From: Dehalococcoidia bacterium
Lineage (GTDB): Bacteria; Chloroflexota; Dehalococcoidia; UBA2979
Reading direction: 5' to 3'
Assembly (NCBI GenBank): GCA_041674525.1
Contig: JBAYVN010000001.1
Span: 24,224 to 88,223 of the forward strand
DNA length: 64,000 bases
In this document: one piece after another, positions 59,644 through 64,000 of the stretch
Numbering within the stretch: the first letter of the stretch is position 1
How the letters are laid out: every line of letters begins with the position of its first letter
The notes under the pieces: generated by a model
Told to the model about the DNA's origin: nothing
Database searches by the model: none
The model's input: the letters and a program-made list of their open reading frames with translations, nothing else
Program-made: the position numbers and the translations under genes

Positions 59644-60074
59644 GGGATCACCTCGGGGCTGTAGACGTGCCATGTCTTGTCGGCGCCGATCCCGCGGTAC
59701 GCACCAACCCGCGCGAGGCGTTCCGTTGGCTGCAGGTGTGCCGGTTCCTGGGCGAGGTGGTTGGCGGCGGACCACCCGCATGCGCCCTCAGGAGTCCAGG
59801 CGGTGCATACGCCCGGAGTCTCAGACTCGGGAGCTGGGCGGCCGCCGTTCGTCTCGTGCCACCAGCGGTGCGAGTTCTCGAGGATGCGGTTCTCTTGCTC
59901 GGATCCGCCCCACAGTCCGAAGCCGGGGTCGTGCCCGGGCAGGCTGCATCTGATCCGCCAGTTACCCGCCGAACCGTACGGCTCACAGACGAGCGCAGGC
60001 GGCCAGGGCGGGTCTGGAATGCCAGCGATCGGCCCGAAGATGTCCAACTGCAGCGCGGACACCACATCGCTCAT
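59640..60074 (-). CDS. Hypothetical Trp/Cys-rich phage protein
   Basis: 144 aa from second ATG (GGGTGGT Shine-Dalgarno); ATG overlaps MTase stop (ATGA). Confidence 0.45.
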   Translation of the reverse strand: MSDVVSALQLDIFGPIAGIPDPPWPPALVCEPYGSAGNWRIRCSLPGHDPGFGLWGGSEQENRILENSHRWWHETNGGRPAPESETPGVCTAWTPEGACGWSAANHLAQEPAHLQPTERLARVGAYRGIGADKTWHVYSPEVIP

Positions 60075-60736
60075 CGGTACCACCCGATCGGTGGCGTGCC
60101 CTCGGGTATGCCTGGACCCCAGAAGAACCAGGCGTACTCGATGGAGTCGCCGCCATTGCCCGTGAAGTCGGGGCGATCACGGAGCACGCGGATCGCGCGC
60201 GGCGGGTACTGCTCTAGCCAGTCCTGGCGCTCGTCCAGCCCGCCCAGCACGTTCAGCCGCAGCAGGAAGGCCGCGATGGACGGCTCCAGGTACTCGATGG
60301 TGTGCCGGAGGAACTCAAGCGCCGCCGAGAACGGCGGGTTGGCAATGACGACATCGGCGATCTTCGAGAAGCCGAACCCGGTGAAGTCCTCTGTGAAGAC
60401 GAGGTCCGCGCCGGCGGCGAGGAGCCGCGCCTGGTAGTCATCCTTTCCGGCCGCGAGCAGTTCGGCGTGCTTCTGCGCCTCGAACATGCTCACCGCTCGA
60501 TGCAGCGGCATGTCCTGCGGGAACGCCTCGACGCCAGCGATGTGCGCGCGCGACCCGAACACGGCCCGCGCCTCGCGCGTCAGCGCGCCCATTCCGGCGC
60601 CGGCGTCGATGAACGACACCTCGCCGCAGCCAGCCAGCATCTGCTCCAGTTCCAGCATGGCCGGGCGCGCGGCCACCGCCGGTGTCTCGTAGAAGTCGTT
60701 CTTCTCGCGGACCGCCCCACGATTCGTGCTGCTCAC
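60071..60736 (-). CDS. DNA methyltransferase (N6-adenine/N4-cytosine class, NPPF motif)
   Basis: 221 aa from GTG with GAGGAGGGG Shine-Dalgarno; SAM motif FIDAGAGMGAL and catalytic VIANPPF. Confidence 0.65.
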   Translation of the reverse strand: MSSTNRGAVREKNDFYETPAVAARPAMLELEQMLAGCGEVSFIDAGAGMGALTREARAVFGSRAHIAGVEAFPQDMPLHRAVSMFEAQKHAELLAAGKDDYQARLLAAGADLVFTEDFTGFGFSKIADVVIANPPFSAALEFLRHTIEYLEPSIAAFLLRLNVLGGLDERQDWLEQYPPRAIRVLRDRPDFTGNGGDSIEYAWFFWGPGIPEGTPPIGWYR

Positions 60737-61245
60737 GATCGCCCCTCCTCGCGCGGCGCGAGCGCGCGGGTCCACCACTGGCGGAGCAGCTCCGCCGAGG
60801 CGATCACGACGACGGCGATGAGCGCGATCATGCGGTCCTCCCGGCGATGAGCAGGACGGTGATGTGCCCGCCGAAGCGCATCTGCTTCGTCTGCGCCGCG
60901 GAGAGCTCGCGGTAGGTGCGGCCGTCGAGCTCGAGCGCGGAGGCGACGTGCATCCAGCAGGGCGGCGGCGACCTGCGTCACCGGCTCGCGTGCGGCGTCT
61001 GCGATGGCGATCACGCCCCCGTCGTCCTTCAGGCGGCGCACCTCGAGGCACTCATGCACCAGGAGCCCGGCGGCGGGCTTCTCGCAGCCCTCCACGATCA
61101 TCAGCGTCTCGGCGTATCCGCTCTCGCCGGCGAAGAAGGGGCGCTGGCACGTCACGCGCGTTGTCGCCGGCAGCGCGACGGCGGTCATGGAGCCACTCGA
61201 GCGGAGCCCCACGACCGCCGGCGCGTCGTTCACCCCCGTCGTCAT
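60733..61245 (-). CDS. Hypothetical protein (170 aa); C-terminal hydrophobic helix
   Basis: ATG overlaps upstream stop (ATGA), stop overlaps MTase GTG (GTGA); central Arg-rich stretch lowers confidence (possible frame problem). Confidence 0.35.
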   Translation of the reverse strand: MTTGVNDAPAVVGLRSSGSMTAVALPATTRVTCQRPFFAGESGYAETLMIVEGCEKPAAGLLVHECLEVRRLKDDGGVIAIADAAREPVTQVAAALLDARRLRARARRPHLPRALRGADEADALRRAHHRPAHRREDRMIALIAVVVIASAELLRQWWTRALAPREEGRS

Positions 61246-61715
61246 GCGACACCGCCTTCCGTGCACGCTTCGCATACGCCGTCGGGGCGGAGGTACTGGG
61301 TATGGTCGCCGCAGACGCGGCAGATCCGTTGGCGGTTGAGGTCGGCGATGACGGATTCACGGAAGGCGTGCGCGAGGGCCGCGGTGATATCCCCGGGCAC
61401 TGCGACAACCTCCGGCAGCATCCCGCGGTCGACCCACGCCCGGACCATCACGTGCAGTTCGCCGAGCATCGACTTCTTCAGTTCCTCGTCCGCCAGCATC
61501 TGCGCGACGTACTCCTCCATCTCGGCGCCCACATCCTCGATGACTGTGGTGAGTTGCTCCTCGGTGTTGAGCAGGTAACTGATCGCCGAGTACGCGCCGG
61601 CGTAGAAGGTGTCGCGCATCTGCTGCACCTGCACGGGAGGCGCCAGCTCGGACAGCACCTCCTCGGCATATGACCCCCACAGCGCGCGGATGCGGTCCCT
61701 GCGAGTGACGGTCAT
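61242..61715 (-). CDS. Hypothetical phage protein with C-terminal CxxC...CxxC zinc ribbon
   Basis: 157 aa; Glu-rich; RICRVCGDHTQYLRPDGVCEAC. Confidence 0.5.
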   Translation of the reverse strand: MTVTRRDRIRALWGSYAEEVLSELAPPVQVQQMRDTFYAGAYSAISYLLNTEEQLTTVIEDVGAEMEEYVAQMLADEELKKSMLGELHVMVRAWVDRGMLPEVVAVPGDITAALAHAFRESVIADLNRQRICRVCGDHTQYLRPDGVCEACTEGGVA

Positions 61716-62056
61716 GCGACACCGCCCGCCGGGTAGCCACGACGGCGCGCCTCCAGGCGGCGCGTGAGTTCGTGCAGGTCATGCTGAGCGCGCTCGGCGC
61801 GGCGGCCGGCGTCCGCCTGGTGGACGGCGAGGTCAAGGGCGTCGTCGTACGCCGCGAGTACGAGGCGCGCGTGAACGCCGATGCCGGACTCCGGCATCTC
61901 CTCGGCGCACAGCCGGAGCATGGTGATCGCCAGGTGCTCGAAGTGCCCGTACTGCGGCTGCGCGCTGCCCGCGCGTGCGAGGACGATCTCGCCGCGGAGC
62001 GTCGCGAGCTCCCCCGCGATCGTGGGGTCCACCAGGCTCAGGCGCGGCGCGCTCAC
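61712..62056 (-). CDS. Hypothetical protein (114 aa)
   Basis: GTG with GGAG upstream, overlaps upstream stop (GTGA); remainder of 348-aa ORF is Arg-rich junk. Confidence 0.4.
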   Translation of the reverse strand: MSAPRLSLVDPTIAGELATLRGEIVLARAGSAQPQYGHFEHLAITMLRLCAEEMPESGIGVHARLVLAAYDDALDLAVHQADAGRRAERAQHDLHELTRRLEARRRGYPAGGVA

Positions 62057-62871
62057 AGCGGGAGCTCCGGCGCCTGCGGATGCAGGTTCGTCCCCTTGCC
62101 CGAGGTGTCGGTGATGCGGCGGAGCACGAAGGTGATCCCGTCGGGTACATCCCACTCGACGTAGACGGGCATGAGCACCGCGATGAACTCGTCGTGCTCG
62201 CTGTCCAGCGAGAAGCGCGCGACCTGCGGCGACTTGCCCTGCGCCGGCGAGTACCAGCGCACGAACATCGGCGACTGGTCCTTCGCGACCTCGGTCGCCT
62301 TCGCGACGCGGGCGATGAACTCCGGCTGCACCGCGAACTGCGCGATCCGCTCCGGCTCCTGGGTATGGATGGTGTCGATGACGCTGCTCAGGAGCGACTC
62401 GACGTCCGGGAACGGGTGCGGAGCGGCCTCGCAGGAGTAGGACGTGATGCGCTTCCCGTCGCGGTAGGTGATGTTGACGGGCCGTGGCTGCTCCCGCGTG
62501 CCCCCCGAGATGAAGTCGATCGAGACCGGGCCAAGCCAGTCCTCGCCGTGGGGGCGCGGGATGGCGCCGAGGATGCGAGCGGCGTCGTAGGCGTGCAGCA
62601 TGAGCACGCCGTTCGCGTCCGACTCGCACGCGATCTTCTGGACCGCCAGCGTGTAGCCGTCGGCGGCGGTTCCGATCGCCCACCCCGCGCTGAACTCGAC
62701 GCGGATCTGCTGGAGGGCGAGCGGGGCGTCCTTGCCTGATGCCACGAACAAGAGGCACCGCGCGAGCAGCGCGCGGAGGTCCTCCGCCTCCATCTTGACG
62801 AGGACCTGCTGACGAGGCCCGAGCGCCTGGTCGAGAATAGAATCGGAGATGTCCCGCTGTTCGGTCGCCAT
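62053..62871 (-). CDS. Hypothetical protein, possible DnaN-like sliding-clamp fold
   Basis: 272 aa, good composition; segments reminiscent of beta-clamp domains (PLALQQIRVEFSAGWAIGTAADGYTLAV; DEFIAVLMPV) - weak, by eye only. Confidence 0.45.
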   Translation of the reverse strand: MATEQRDISDSILDQALGPRQQVLVKMEAEDLRALLARCLLFVASGKDAPLALQQIRVEFSAGWAIGTAADGYTLAVQKIACESDANGVLMLHAYDAARILGAIPRPHGEDWLGPVSIDFISGGTREQPRPVNITYRDGKRITSYSCEAAPHPFPDVESLLSSVIDTIHTQEPERIAQFAVQPEFIARVAKATEVAKDQSPMFVRWYSPAQGKSPQVARFSLDSEHDEFIAVLMPVYVEWDVPDGITFVLRRITDTSGKGTNLHPQAPELPL

Positions 62872-63221
62872 CAGATCGCCCGCTCCCTCTCCTGCGCGGT
62901 CGCGTCCTGGGCGCGCAGGTAGCCTTCCAGTGCCGGCGGGAGCTTCAGGAGCACCCAGCCGCGGTCATTGCGTGACTTCTCCAGCGCCGCGTCGACGCCC
63001 CAGGCGGCCGCCAGCTGCTCGGCGTGCTCGTGCAGGACGTCCACGCCGCCGATCCAGTTGCCGCGCACGCCGCACGGCCAGAGCGCCTGCACGGTGGCGT
63101 CGTTCGCGGTCATGACCTCCGGACGGGTGTCCAGGAGCACCTCCAGCGGCGGCGCGCCGAACGCGGCGCGGGCGCGGTTGATGGCGTCCAGGGCGGCAGC
63201 GCAGAGGTCGGCGGCGGTCAT
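62871..63221 (-). CDS. Hypothetical protein (116 aa)
   Basis: ATG overlaps upstream stop (ATGA); downstream TGATG overlap. Confidence 0.4.
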   Translation of the reverse strand: MTAADLCAAALDAINRARAAFGAPPLEVLLDTRPEVMTANDATVQALWPCGVRGNWIGGVDVLHEHAEQLAAAWGVDAALEKSRNDRGWVLLKLPPALEGYLRAQDATAQERERAI

Positions 63222-63511
63222 GCGGCCGCTCCCTGCTTCGCCGCGTCAGGTTGCCCGGCGCGCCACGAGACGACGCGCTGGTGGCAGAGCTGGCAGTGCG
63301 CCCGGTCCGGCAGCTCACCGTCCTCCAGCAGGAGGTTCATGACCTGCCCGCAGAAGGACCGCGGCAGGCCGAAGTCCGGCAGCGGCGCCAGGCTGTGCAC
63401 GAAGCGACTGAGTCCGCCGTGTCTCGCCTGCACGACGCGGGAGCCGATGAGCTCGGGGTGCTGCTCGACGGTGCGGCGGCTGAAGCCCTTCACGAGGCCA
63501 CCGCCATGCAC
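63218..63511 (-). CDS. Hypothetical protein (97 aa) with CxxC motif
   Basis: First gene of the overlapping chain; GTG start; CQLCHQ. Confidence 0.35.
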   Translation of the reverse strand: MHGGGLVKGFSRRTVEQHPELIGSRVVQARHGGLSRFVHSLAPLPDFGLPRSFCGQVMNLLLEDGELPDRAHCQLCHQRVVSWRAGQPDAAKQGAAA

Positions 63512-63743
63512 TCGGTGATGCGTGCGCAGACGCGCGCGCCCGACATGGACGCTCGGCCGGTGCTAGACTGGCGCGCGGTCTCCCCCCACGAAGGTCGATG
63601 CCGATGACTGACTTCGAGGGAGAGCGTCCAGTATCTCCGCCGGCACCCCCTCCACCACCCGCTCCCACGGTCGCGCCTAGCAGACCGGAACAGGCGGGTT
63701 ACGAGGGACCGCGACCGCAGACCGGCCCGGCGCCACAGCGCCG

Positions 63744-64000
63744 CTAGAGCTGCTGGGCCATCCAGACCGCGAAGGCTGCGCCGCCCGCTGCGAACGTCAC
63801 GCTCGCAGCCAGCGAGTAGTGATACATCGCCTGGATGGTCGCGGAGTTGCGCCGGGCATCCATGCCCGCCGTGTGAATGAGGTCGGCTTTGAAGCGCGCC
63901 GGGTCGTAGTGCAGCATCGCGGCGTGCATGATGTCGGGTTCCGGCAGCCAGAGATTCGACCGCCGGAAGCGCGCGTACCAGACGATCACCGTCGCCAAGA
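63744..64000 (-). CDS. Hypothetical protein, C-terminal part (gene continues beyond window end)
   Basis: ORF runs to window edge; aromatic-rich plausible composition, hydrophobic C-terminus. Confidence 0.35.
   Translation of the reverse strand, partial: LATVIVWYARFRRSNLWLPEPDIMHAAMLHYDPARFKADLIHTAGMDARRNSATIQAMYHYSLAASVTFAAGGAAFAVWMAQQL

Larger units (their letters stand above)
55995..64000 (-). mobile_element. Prophage-like integrative element inserted at tRNA-Ala 3' end (left junction in window; right end probably beyond 63.7 kb or outside window)
   Basis: Large serine recombinase abutting/overlapping tRNA; 14 co-directional small genes with phage-typical functions (RusA, DNA MTase, SLT lysozyme, ASCH, J-domain, clamp-like) chained by ATGA/GTGA overlaps. 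Confidence 0.55.

Noticed and set aside
63598-63747. 49-aa proline-rich ORF on plus strand with GAAGG Shine-Dalgarno (MPMTDFEGERPVSPPAPPPPPAPTV...)
   Set aside because: Short, low-complexity and opposite to the surrounding minus-strand operon. Could be real but unsupported. Flagged only as a possibility near the presumed right end of the element.

Overview
This is a 64 kb window of a high-GC (~70%) bacterial chromosome, tentatively Actinobacteria- or Chloroflexi-like. It is densely coding on both strands. All calls were made by reading the six-frame translations for recognisable motifs, with no database search. Most of the window is core metabolism and housekeeping, listed in three blocks below. 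The last ~8 kb (55995 to the window end) is a prophage-like integrative element inserted at the 3' end of tRNA-Ala. It has a large serine recombinase whose C-terminus overlaps the tRNA, and about 14 co-directional small genes chained by ATGA, GTGA or TGATG start/stop overlaps. Many long arginine-rich antisense ORFs in the track are GC artefacts and were rejected. No rRNA or CRISPR array was seen. The three blocks of core genes are:
- **1 to ~20.4 kb:** CorA, an aldo/keto reductase, an LLM-class oxidoreductase, a DUF2207 membrane protein, MmgE/PrpD, a fumarylacetoacetate-hydrolase-family protein, a Tat-secreted LysM protein, a lone xanthine-dehydrogenase-family molybdopterin subunit with an amidohydrolase, and a HemAT-like globin-coupled methyl-accepting sensor. 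A cobalamin-riboswitch-controlled btuF-like/cobB/cobQ operon follows.
- **20.5 to ~44.1 kb:** a methionine synthase encoded as two translationally coupled ORFs, metF, three MFS transporters, a GNAT acetyltransferase, a DUF255 thioredoxin-fold protein, type II glutamine synthetase, SURF1, pepN, a DnaQ-BRCT exonuclease, acnA, tag and a cupredoxin lipoprotein.
- **44.2 to ~55.9 kb:** a tRNA-Val/Leu/Arg cluster, uvrC, pcm, a XerC/XerD-family recombinase, eno with a coupled 298-aa unknown gene, gap, ffh, rpsP, a KH-domain protein and rimM.
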